DNA of 42,535 nt. It comes from an uncultured Candidatus Saccharibacteria bacterium. Its GTDB lineage: Bacteria > Patescibacteriota > Minisyncoccia > Phycocordibacterales > UBA2100. The DNA lies in contig CAYMRY010000002.1 in NCBI GenBank assembly GCA_964393065.1, forward strand, positions 1 to 42,535, in the 5' to 3' direction. How positions within the stretch are numbered: the first letter of the stretch is position 1; every line of letters begins with the position of its first letter. This document shows positions 8,682-16,681 of the stretch, piece by piece. The notes below the pieces were generated by a model. The model was not told where the DNA came from and did no database searches. It saw nothing but the letters and a program-made list of their open reading frames with translations. The translations under genes and the position numbers were made by a program.

Positions 8682-8693
8682 TGCGGTCACCTT

Positions 8694-11600
8694 ATGATTC
8701 TCACTAAACGCCGCGGAGTCACCCTCCTTATGAGTATGTTTCTCGGGATTGTGCTTTATATGAGCACCATCTCGCTCTTGTATGCAGCTGTTCCCTGTGA
8801 TGCACCTGCAAATCCAATCGTCGCTGAAAATTGCATGGCAGGGAGCCCTCGAACGGAGTGGGATATCCCCATTGAAGGGGCCCCTTCAATTGAAGGCTAC
8901 GCAACCGACATCAGCTACAACAAGGGTGAAGTTGCGCAATTCAAAATCAAATCGCCGGCTACTTCGTACCGCATTGATATCTATAGAATGGGATACTACG
9001 GCGGGACTGGCGCGCGCAAAGTTGCTACCATTTCGCCCTCGGTCACTCTTCCCCAAGTACAACCCGCCTGCACAACTGACACATCGGTAGGACTCGTCGA
9101 TTGTGGCAATTGGGCAGTTTCGGCATCTTGGCAAATTCCTTCGAATGCCGTAAGCGGCGTGTATTTTGCCAAACTCGTACGTACAGATCCTGAAAATGGT
9201 TCTTCGAATCATATTTTCTTCATAGTGCGCGATGATACATCGACGGCACCGATACTATTTCAGACTTCTGATACAACGTGGCAGGCTTACAACCAGTATG
9301 GTGGGTGGAGTCTTTACTTTAGCCCTGCCGGATCCACTCTAAGTCGAGCTTACAAAGTGAGCTACAATCGGCCGTTCCAGATGTTTGATGCTGCAATGCC
9401 CGCATTTCGTCCATTTGGCGGCATTTTTGCGGGGGAATACAACATGATCCGATTCCTCGAAAAGAACGGATTCAACGTATCCTATTTCACCGATACCGAC
9501 AGCGACCGACGTGGTACCAATATCAGAAACCACAAGCTCTTCATTTCAGCCGGTCACGATGAGTATTGGTCAGGAGCCCATCGCGCAAATGTCGAAGCTG
9601 CAGCAAACGCAGGGGTACATCTCGCATTCTTTACTGCAAACGAGGTGTACTGGAAAACGCGTTTCGAAAATAACTACCGCACACTCGTGACCTATAAAGA
9701 TATGGGTGCTGCGAAGAATGATCCTGTGAGCGGCGTGTGGACCGGGATGTGGCGCGATTTGAAGGGCGCTGCATACGATGCCGGTAGACCTGAAAATGGT
9801 CTCACGGGGACAATTTACGCTGCCTGCTGTTCACAGTTTGATCCGTTTACGGTACCCGAGGCCGACGGCAAGATGCGCTTTTGGAGAAATACAAACGTAG
9901 CCACGCTCGCCCCTGGGCAGACGGCAACCTTCCCGACAGGATTACTGGGGTGGGAGTGGGATGAAGATCGAGACAATGGATTTCGTCCGGCAGGTCTGAT
10001 CCATCTTTCCACAACAAACGTCACACTCAATTATGATGCGACGTTGGGAAAAAATGGGTACATAACGGATTCGGTCGCAAACACAACAAATACGGTTGGC
10101 AGTGGTCTCGGCACGCATCATCTTACCCTCTATAAGCGACCAAGCGGTGCATACGTTTTTGGTGCGGGCACCATTAATATTGCATACGCGCTGGACAACG
10201 AGGGTCGCGATGCGACCCCAGGACTTCTCGATACCAGGCTTCAGCAAGCAGTCATCAATCTCTTTGCTGACATGGGCATACAGCCTGCGACACTGCAAGC
10301 AGACTTGGTTGCTGCCACAAAAACCACTGATACACGTGCACCGGTATCTACTTTCACATCGCCACTATCCGGCGCAACGCTTGTGCAGAACAACACGATT
10401 ACGATTGCAGGATCAACAACTGATGTTGGTGGCAAAGTAGCGGGAGTGGAAATCTCCGTTGATAACGGTGTGACATGGCATCCCGCAGTGGGTCGCGCAT
10501 CATGGAGTTACAATTGGACACCGACCTCTGCAGGTAGCTACACCATCAAAGTCCGCGCCGTCGACGACAGTGGGAATCTTGAAGTCGCGAAGTCTCGCAC
10601 GGTTACGGTATCCCCCGCAACAGGGCACACGATACTCATCTATGCAGCCGGCACTCCTGCGGGAAGTACCTTTCCTATGATGGAACTCGTGATAGGTGGA
10701 CAATCGGTAAAAACTTTTACGAATATTCGCGGAAACTTTGCGCGTAACGAATTTGAGACCTACGGATATACGCAAGCCGCACCAATTCCTCAAAACCAAA
10801 TTGAGGTGCGATTCATCAATGACTACCATCAAGATGTGCACAATGACATCAATCTCTATGTTGAAAAGATTGTCATCGACGGTACAGCGTATCCGACGGT
10901 AGCACCGACGACGTATTCGACAGGTACCCTAAACCCAGCCACGGGCACGTGCGTACCAGGATTCGCCACTTCAAACAAGCTCGCATGCAACGGGTCATTT
11001 CTATATAACTATCAAATTCCTCCTCGGAAACCTGATACACCCGGGGTCGTGATTGGCTCTATGTGGTACATGCGCAATAGCAATACGACGGGCTATGGAG
11101 AACTCGGACTAGAATTTAATTATCCTGGAGTTGCACTTGCGTGCGATTGGGATGGCGATGGCATTGATACGCCTGGGTACTATGACCGAGGAAGGTGGTA
11201 TATTCGCAATTCACTTACTAGTGACGCTTCGAATGACATCACGTTTCTCTACGGCGATTCTACCTGGAAACCACTCTGTGGCGATTGGAATGGAGATGGG
11301 GTTGATACACCGGCAGCCGTTAAAAGTGGCATCTTTGCCCTGCGCAACGCGAACTCGACAGGAGAAGCAGATATCGTATTTATTTACGGCAATCCTAATG
11401 ACCCGGCAATTGCCGGTGACTGGAATGGCGATGGCATAGATACCGTGGGCATCATTCAGCAGGACACCAACTGGTACCTGCGAAACACCAATTTAACTAC
11501 CGTAGTCAATACCGATGCTGCGTGGATTGTGTTTCCTTATACCGGAGTGCCTATCGTCGGTGACTGGAATGGCGATGGAATGGATACTCCTGGCTATGTC

Positions 11601-11711
11601 TCCAGTGGAGGATGGTATTTAAAGAATTCGGCAACTACCACGACTGCTGATGTTCAATTCATCTATGGTAATCCTGGTAACCCCGCCTACGTAGGAAAAT
11701 GGACTCGATAA
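8694..11711 (+). CDS. large secreted multidomain protein: DMFase-beta-subunit-like (DUF6605-type) domain + Ig-like domain + CBM-like domain + FG-GAP/VCBS Ca-binding repeats
   Basis: Signal/anchor LLMSMFLGIVLYMSTISLLYA. Motifs YRIDIYRMGYYGG, AVSGVYFAKLVR, FQTSDTTWQAYNQYGG and GHDEYWS are typical of N,N-dimethylformamidase beta-subunit-like proteins. The Ig-like segment contains GVEISVDNGVTWHPA. The CBM-like segment contains EVRFINDY and NLYVEKIVIDG. Four DW(D/N)GDG(I/V/M)DT repeats follow. Confidence 0.85.
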   Translation: MILTKRRGVTLLMSMFLGIVLYMSTISLLYAAVPCDAPANPIVAENCMAGSPRTEWDIPIEGAPSIEGYATDISYNKGEVAQFKIKSPATSYRIDIYRMGYYGGTGARKVATISPSVTLPQVQPACTTDTSVGLVDCGNWAVSASWQIPSNAVSGVYFAKLVRTDPENGSSNHIFFIVRDDTSTAPILFQTSDTTWQAYNQYGGWSLYFSPAGSTLSRAYKVSYNRPFQMFDAAMPAFRPFGGIFAGEYNMIRFLEKNGFNVSYFTDTDSDRRGTNIRNHKLFISAGHDEYWSGAHRANVEAAANAGVHLAFFTANEVYWKTRFENNYRTLVTYKDMGAAKNDPVSGVWTGMWRDLKGAAYDAGRPENGLTGTIYAACCSQFDPFTVPEADGKMRFWRNTNVATLAPGQTATFPTGLLGWEWDEDRDNGFRPAGLIHLSTTNVTLNYDATLGKNGYITDSVANTTNTVGSGLGTHHLTLYKRPSGAYVFGAGTINIAYALDNEGRDATPGLLDTRLQQAVINLFADMGIQPATLQADLVAATKTTDTRAPVSTFTSPLSGATLVQNNTITIAGSTTDVGGKVAGVEISVDNGVTWHPAVGRASWSYNWTPTSAGSYTIKVRAVDDSGNLEVAKSRTVTVSPATGHTILIYAAGTPAGSTFPMMELVIGGQSVKTFTNIRGNFARNEFETYGYTQAAPIPQNQIEVRFINDYHQDVHNDINLYVEKIVIDGTAYPTVAPTTYSTGTLNPATGTCVPGFATSNKLACNGSFLYNYQIPPRKPDTPGVVIGSMWYMRNSNTTGYGELGLEFNYPGVALACDWDGDGIDTPGYYDRGRWYIRNSLTSDASNDITFLYGDSTWKPLCGDWNGDGVDTPAAVKSGIFALRNANSTGEADIVFIYGNPNDPAIAGDWNGDGIDTVGIIQQDTNWYLRNTNLTTVVNTDAAWIVFPYTGVPIVGDWNGDGMDTPGYVSSGGWYLKNSATTTTADVQFIYGNPGNPAYVGKWTR
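11061..11708 (+). repeat. tandem coding repeats (about 45-50 aa each, FG-GAP/VCBS-like)
   Basis: The recurring DNA unit GA(T/C)TGG(G/A)ATGG(C/A)GATGG...GATAC at about 11146, 11283, 11419 and 11557 encodes DW(D/N)GDGxDT followed by WY(I/L)(R/K)N. Confidence 0.75.
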
Positions 11712-12131
11712 TAGCGAGTTTGTGAATTCTGCTATAGAAAAGCGAACACCAGGAGCTTCCCACGGCCCCAGTCTGACGAGCCGAGCCGGTATCGCGCGAT
11801 CCGCGAGCACGCGGATATGTGCGATGAGACTTCCCTCGATGGTGGGATTTCGAATGTTACACAGAATCCTTCCCGCAACCAAATTGTCAAACGCAAAATT
11901 CACCTTTCTAACGTGTAAACACAGATACCCATTCGGGTGCAAAAAGAGAGCAGGCCGTCCTTCTGACAGAACGGCCCGCTGATATTCAGTATGGCTCTTC
12001 CATATACATCCGTGAAAATGGGAGGAAAATGGGGTCAGGTACCATAAATTCAAGCCATGAAGAAGTGATGCTTTCAACTGGTTTAATTATGACGTTTAGT
12101 TTGCTGGAATTAGTCGAGAATTCCCCAGGCT

Positions 12132-12188
12132 CCGCCTCGCGAAAACCTCGGAGCTCTTCTTTGAAGATCGACGAGGCGGCTCTTTTTT
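12132..12188 (+). terminator. possible terminator with long interrupted hairpin
   Basis: CCGCCTCG (12132-12139) pairs with CGAGGCGG (12172-12179) around an inner TCTTC/GAAGA hairpin, and is followed by CTCTTTTTT. No annotated gene lies directly upstream. Confidence 0.35.
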
Positions 12189-12272
12189 GCTTATAAAGAA
12201 TTCTGTTGTACGGTAATATGGTCAGCCGATTCTAGGCTGCCACAGAAAACCCAGCTCTTTGAGGTACACCAC

Positions 12273-13004
12273 ATGACACCGACATCCACACCCTTCTTCG
12301 CAGACCTGCAAGAACTGACGAAGTTCCCGTGTGTGTGCGATTTCTTCGATCTCGCGGAAAAAAGGCTATTGAGCGAAGGAGTTACACTTTCTCTCACGAC
12401 ACTTGAGGAAGCCGCACATACGCAAGCACGTAACACGGATTCCTGGGCGCTCTTTCCACCAATGCTTGATCCAAGGCTCTCTCATATTTCCAAAGACCAG
12501 TCTTTTGGGATTGTGGGTCGTGACGCGTCGGGCACTGTAGTCTGCGCGCAGGGCGCGCGGTTCTACGATTGTGGCACCCGCACATTTGCCGATATTGTTG
12601 CTGACCAATCGTTCTGCTATGGGGACGCAATCCCTCCCCCAGGAGAATTTCCCATCGCTGAGGTAGAATCGCCGCTTGCGAATCTCGTTACAGGTCGTTT
12701 CGTCTATTCCGGCGGGCTTTGGCACCATACAAGTCTACGCGGTAAAGGCCTCTCATCGATACTTCCGCGTCTTGCGCGGTACCGAGCCTTTGTGCAATGG
12801 GACACCGAATGGACGGTGGGCATGGTTCGCGATTTCGTTAAGCCAGAACACATGCTGCAGTACGGATATAAACAGGTCGCTATGCGCTTCACATTTCGTC
12901 AGCTTTCGAAGGACGGGAGCGCTCTTCACTGGCAGCTCATGATCATGAACCGCGCTGAACTTGAAGAAGACCTGCAGCGTTTCCTTGCAGTACAAGGTAC
13001 CTAG
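12273..13004 (+). CDS. hypothetical protein, possibly GNAT-fold acyltransferase-like
   Basis: 243-aa ORF. The only hint is LRGKGLSSILPRLARYRA, which resembles the GNAT motif A (R/Q-x-x-G-x-G/A). A terminator follows. Confidence 0.55.
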   Translation: MTPTSTPFFADLQELTKFPCVCDFFDLAEKRLLSEGVTLSLTTLEEAAHTQARNTDSWALFPPMLDPRLSHISKDQSFGIVGRDASGTVVCAQGARFYDCGTRTFADIVADQSFCYGDAIPPPGEFPIAEVESPLANLVTGRFVYSGGLWHHTSLRGKGLSSILPRLARYRAFVQWDTEWTVGMVRDFVKPEHMLQYGYKQVAMRFTFRQLSKDGSALHWQLMIMNRAELEEDLQRFLAVQGT

Positions 13005-13023
13005 CACTCCGACAACTACTTAC

Positions 13024-13062
13024 AGAGCCGCTCACCGATTACATGAGCGGCTCTTCGTCTTT
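13024..13062 (+). terminator. rho-independent terminator
   Basis: Stem AGAGCCGCTCA / TGAGCGGCTCT (11 bp), then TCGTCTTTC. Confidence 0.55.
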
Positions 13063-13230
13063 CAAATAACAAAATATTGCAGGCTTAGGCACAAGGGCGA
13101 GTCATTGTGTCAGATCTAGTCCCCATTCTTTCATTACTTCGATATAGTATTACGGACTCTACTTACCACATCGTTTCTCAACGCATACAACGTCGCTTGT
13201 ACCACTCGCCTGTACTGATATGATCCCCAT

Positions 13231-13656
13231 ATGACAAACATAAACCCGTGGATCAACTTTAATGGCAATGCGGAGGAGGCATTCATCTTTTACAAATCCG
13301 TTCTTGGTGGTGAGTTCGGAAAAATTACTCGTTTTAAAGACATTGCAAGCGAAGAGTTCCCGATACCTGAAAACGAGGAGAACAAAATAATGCGCATCAC
13401 GCTACCTATCGGCACTAGCATACTGATAGCTAATGACGTCCCTGAAAGCATGGGACGAGTGAGCGAAAGCGAGAATAGAAGTAAAATTGCCGTTACCGCA
13501 GAAAGTAAGGAAGACGCCGAAAGAATATTTAATGGACTTTCGGAGAGCGGAGCCGTCGAAATGCCCATGGCTGATAGTCCGTGGGGATCTTATTTTGGAA
13601 TGTTCAGAGACAAATACGGCATCGAGTGGACGGTCGAATTTCCAGCCGCTCAATAA
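13231..13656 (+). CDS. VOC-superfamily protein, PhnB/3-demethylubiquinone-9 3-methyltransferase-domain type
   Basis: Motifs NPWINFNGNAEEAFIFYKSVLGGE and SPWGSYFGMFRDKYGIEWTV are typical of the PF06983-like glyoxalase-fold family. Confidence 0.8.
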   Translation: MTNINPWINFNGNAEEAFIFYKSVLGGEFGKITRFKDIASEEFPIPENEENKIMRITLPIGTSILIANDVPESMGRVSESENRSKIAVTAESKEDAERIFNGLSESGAVEMPMADSPWGSYFGMFRDKYGIEWTVEFPAAQ

Positions 13657-14022
13657 CAAGTGAGTTATGGGACGGCAGCGATACGCCTTCGTCTACATGT
13701 TTTGTACCGGGAGCTCCAGGATCACAAGTGACGGGAACGATGCATACATTCATCCGATCCACACGATCGTTTCAGTATACTGATCAAGCGGTCGAAAAGG
13801 ATTTTTAGCATCCTAACCGAAATACCTATGGAAACAGATCAAGAGAAAAAGGCTCGCGAGAAACGCGAGAAGACAGCGGCGGACACGAATAAGAAAGCCT
13901 GACTCGGGCTGAAGGGCTCAGCTGCACATAGAGAGATCTCGACTCCTCAAGTCGGGATCTTTCTGCTATACCACGTTCGTCATCACTTTCATCATGAAGG
14001 TGCTAAGGTGACAGAAGAATGA

Positions 14023-14190
14023 ATCTTACAGTATCGACATGAGGATCTCTTTGATAACCCGCAAAATGGACATCCTCTTACGCGTGCAATCATAGACACC
14101 ATTCGCGAGCCGCTTATTGTTCTTGAATCTGACCTGCGCGTTCTTGTTGCAAGCCACTCTTTATATGCGGCATTTACAGCCTCTATGGGT
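14023..14190 (+). pseudogene. relic of a PAS-domain sensor-kinase gene (no start codon, truncated)
   Basis: The open frame after the TGA at 14020 reads ...LTRAIIDTIREPLIVLESDLRVLVASHSLYAAFTAS. This is clearly paralogous to EAILGTMREPLIVLDKSMHIKSANAAFYTLF of the kinase at 4785-6854. It has no start codon, and the similarity stops abruptly. Confidence 0.55.
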
Positions 14191-14222
14191 GGACATTTGG
14201 GGGTACCTATGTCAATTGCAGC

Positions 14223-14576
14223 ATGTATACTTCTCGTATGTGGATCAGCGCTCGTAACCTATTCTTAGGTCTAGCTTTTTCCCTGCCGTTTCTTATAGCT
14301 AATGCACTCGTCGCGTTGCAAGAAGAATACTTCCTCTCACTTCTTCGCCCGAGAGGAGTGATGACGAGCTACGAGCAAATCATTATATTGAGCCTCATTG
14401 CACTCGTGGGAGTGGGTGGATTGGTAGCGCTCGTGCCTCTCATTAAAGACAGGCGTATATATGTCGCGAACGCGATTGTCGGCGCTCTCCTCATCGCCTT
14501 CACAGTTACGTTGGGCTACGAACTTGGTAAAGACTTTTACCATTGCGACATCCTCAACATCCCGAATTGCGACTAG
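14223..14576 (+). CDS. small integral membrane protein (3 predicted helices)
   Basis: 117-aa ORF with hydrophobic segments LFLGLAFSLPFLIANALVAL, IIILSLIALVGVGGLVALVPL and ANAIVGALLIAFTVTLGY. Confidence 0.6.
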   Translation: MYTSRMWISARNLFLGLAFSLPFLIANALVALQEEYFLSLLRPRGVMTSYEQIIILSLIALVGVGGLVALVPLIKDRRIYVANAIVGALLIAFTVTLGYELGKDFYHCDILNIPNCD

Positions 14577-14593
14577 AGCCTTGTCGGCCAGGA

Positions 14594-14800
14594 TCAGGAA
14601 CCCCCACCGTCACCACAACCTCCCCCATCACCGCCGCCACTATCGCTCGCTCCTGTGTCCGCACTACCTGCGCCAGAGTCAGAATCACTCGACTCGTCAT
14701 TATCCGTTGAGCTCGGAAATGTAACCGACGACGCTGCAACACTGCCGTCATCGACTTTTTTCTCCTCTTTTTTGTTCCAGAAAAAATCTAAAAATCCCAT
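14594..14800 (-). CDS. possible small acidic Ser/Asp/Gly-rich protein
   Basis: 68-aa ORF MGFLDFFWNKKEEKK...SDSDSGAGSADTGASDSGGGDGGGCGDGGGS. It has no obvious SD and is low-complexity, but it is the only ORF filling a 350-nt gap. Confidence 0.3.
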   Translation of the reverse strand: MGFLDFFWNKKEEKKVDDGSVAASSVTFPSSTDNDESSDSDSGAGSADTGASDSGGGDGGGCGDGGGS

Positions 14801-14925
14801 CGTTACAGTGTATCAGATCTTGAATTCGCTTCGTGCGTTATGATCGTATGTGATGTCCGAGTTGCCTTCACCTACCAAAACCGATTCATCGCACCATCAT
14901 CCACACTTGCTAAGGTATATACCAT

Positions 14926-15153
14926 ATGAGATCAACATGGAACGCAATCGATTGGGTGGCAGTATCACTCGTTATTATTGGCGGCATCAACTGGGGATTA
15001 GTAGGATTATTCGACTTCAACCTCGTGGAAACGCTTTTTGGAAATTCTTCCCTCACGGCGATCATTTATTCACTTGTAGGACTAAGTGCACTGTATGTGA
15101 TTTATTCTTCAATGAAAGCAGCCGAAATGACATCTCAACTGCGAATGACGTAA
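14926..15153 (+). CDS. DUF378 family membrane protein
   Basis: IIGGINWGLVGLFDFNLVETLFG is the signature of DUF378 (YuzA-like) proteins. A terminator follows. Confidence 0.85.
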   Translation: MRSTWNAIDWVAVSLVIIGGINWGLVGLFDFNLVETLFGNSSLTAIIYSLVGLSALYVIYSSMKAAEMTSQLRMT

Positions 15154-15180
15154 CGTAACTACCTGCGCTGCTTACACCGC

Positions 15181-15219
15181 GATAATCCCTGAAGATATTC
15201 TTTAGGGATTATCGTTTTG
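15181..15219 (+). terminator. rho-independent terminator
   Basis: Stem GATAATCCCT / AGGGATTATC (10 bp), then GTTTTG. Confidence 0.7.
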
Positions 15220-15368
15220 CAGTTGGCGATTCAAAAACAGCCTACTATGGTCGCGCTTCACCGCAATCTAACTACCAACCTTTAGTATAGATCAGGATTG
15301 GTACGTCGAGACAATTCACCTCAACCAAGTCGCAGCGACCTCATTAACAAAAGTAACGAATAACTCTT

Positions 15369-16475
15369 ATGTATTTACATCGAATTAATCTGACCTATAT
15401 CGCACTGGCGGCTCTTGCCGCTCTTGTGGCACTCTTCGGGTTTACCTTCGCTTTGGCAGATTCGAATTCCGAATCGTATTCCTCTTGGCGCGACTCTTCC
15501 TACGCCCACAACGGCCATACCGGTGAAAGTAAAAGTAATTGGACTGGTGGATCCGGCTCATATGGCTACTCCAGCAGTTCTACCGTTTACGAAGCCAATC
15601 TCACCGGTTCGGAAGAAGTTCCGTCTGTTGCTGCAGGCACAAGCGGCAGCTCAAAAATTACACTCCAAAGTGAAGGAAACACATTAGCGGTAACCCTCAC
15701 CGTTCTAAATGGAAATGATATTACCGCCGCGCACCTGCATTGTGCTCCTCGTGGCGTAAACGGTTCTGTGGTGGCTCATCTGTTTTCTGATAGCGCTGGA
15801 CGGGATGTAAACGGAACACTTACGTCACTCTCCCTTGGAAATGGAAATATCGTGGATTCAGACTGCACCTCGAAGATCGGCTATGACATAGCAAATATTT
15901 CCGATCTTACGCGCGCCATCAAGAGCGGTCACATCTATGTGAACGTGCATTCAAAGCAATATCCTGATGGAGTGGCACGCGGCCAACTTACCATGTATCA
16001 GGACCACAGTAACTGGAATGATGACGAAAAATGGAAGGATGGCGCAGAAAAGTACTGGTGGAACAACACGTGGTGGTACAAAAAACATGATGGCACCTGG
16101 TACGATTCGAATGACAATACGTGGGATGGAAATACCGATGCTCAGCATGACTACTCTGAGAAACACGACGAACACGAAGACTGGCACGGTGATTCGAAGG
16201 AGAATGGGCGCCACGAGGACGATACAGACGAAAGCACGTGGTCGCACGACGAGTCTGATGAGTCATGGTACGACCACGAAGCGAAGTGGGATGACCACGA
16301 TGACTCCGACAACACGTCGTACGGAAATGGCCATCATGACTCCGATAGAAATTGGATCAATGATAACGATCGATCGGACGATGATGACTCACACGAATCG
16401 TCGTATGGAAACTCAATCTCATCTTTCAGTTCGGACATTCTTGAGCGAGTTTCGGACCGCCTACGATCGCGCTAG
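15369..16475 (+). CDS. secreted CHRD-domain protein with long Trp/His/Asp-rich C-terminal tail
   Basis: Signal/anchor LTYIALAALAALVALFGFTFALA. CHRD-like motifs LTGSEEVPSV, ITAAHLHCAPRGVNGSVVAHLF and GHIYVNVHSKQYPDGVARGQL. The tail, from about nt 16004, is rich in W, H, D, N and E. Confidence 0.8.
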   Translation: MYLHRINLTYIALAALAALVALFGFTFALADSNSESYSSWRDSSYAHNGHTGESKSNWTGGSGSYGYSSSSTVYEANLTGSEEVPSVAAGTSGSSKITLQSEGNTLAVTLTVLNGNDITAAHLHCAPRGVNGSVVAHLFSDSAGRDVNGTLTSLSLGNGNIVDSDCTSKIGYDIANISDLTRAIKSGHIYVNVHSKQYPDGVARGQLTMYQDHSNWNDDEKWKDGAEKYWWNNTWWYKKHDGTWYDSNDNTWDGNTDAQHDYSEKHDEHEDWHGDSKENGRHEDDTDESTWSHDESDESWYDHEAKWDDHDDSDNTSYGNGHHDSDRNWINDNDRSDDDDSHESSYGNSISSFSSDILERVSDRLRSR

Positions 16476-16512
16476 CGAAACTTTCCTCTGAGTCTTCCTG
16501 TTATTACCAAAA

Positions 16513-16537
16513 AACCGCCGGAAACCATCCGGCGGTT
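16513..16537. terminator. GC-rich hairpin, weak terminator on plus strand
   Basis: Stem AACCGCCGGA / TCCGGCGGTT with loop AACCA. An A-run precedes it, so the minus-strand version has the better U-tract. The plus-strand tail is only CTG. Confidence 0.4.
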
Positions 16538-16681
16538 CTGAGCACTTGAGTTTGCGATACCATGCGATTCATTCCTATTTCACTGCGTTCCTTGTATCGA
16601 TATAACATTAGATGTACGTATCAGAAAATGTCGAAACGTATGTTAGAGTGACTATTACGAGCACCTCACTACATCATCGTC

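Noticed and set aside
11840-11875. GGGATTTCGAATG and, at 7650-7665 on the minus strand, GGGTTCGAAG, both resembling tRNA/tmRNA T-loops.
   Set aside because: No flanking T-stem complementarity, acceptor stem or anticodon arm could be built around either site. I found no tRNA or tmRNA in the window.
11619-12077. 152-aa minus-strand ORF overlapping the 3' end of the giant-protein gene and running through the 11951-11978 hairpin.
   Set aside because: It has unnatural composition and no SD. It overlaps a well-supported gene and crosses a terminator-like hairpin. It is treated as non-coding.
12029-12196. 55-codon plus-strand ORF with GGGAGG upstream and a hydrophobic N-terminal half (considered as a type I toxin-like peptide).
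   Set aside because: The SD spacing is only 3 nt. The ORF reads through the whole terminator hairpin and stops just after the T-run, which is what a chance ORF would do. It is kept only as a remark inside the 11712-12272 finding.
14850-15158. 102-aa ORF overlapping the DUF378 gene in another frame. Likewise 13581-13808, which overlaps the end of the VOC gene.
   Set aside because: The DUF378 frame carries a diagnostic family signature. The alternative frames have His/Arg-rich unnatural products and no independent signals.
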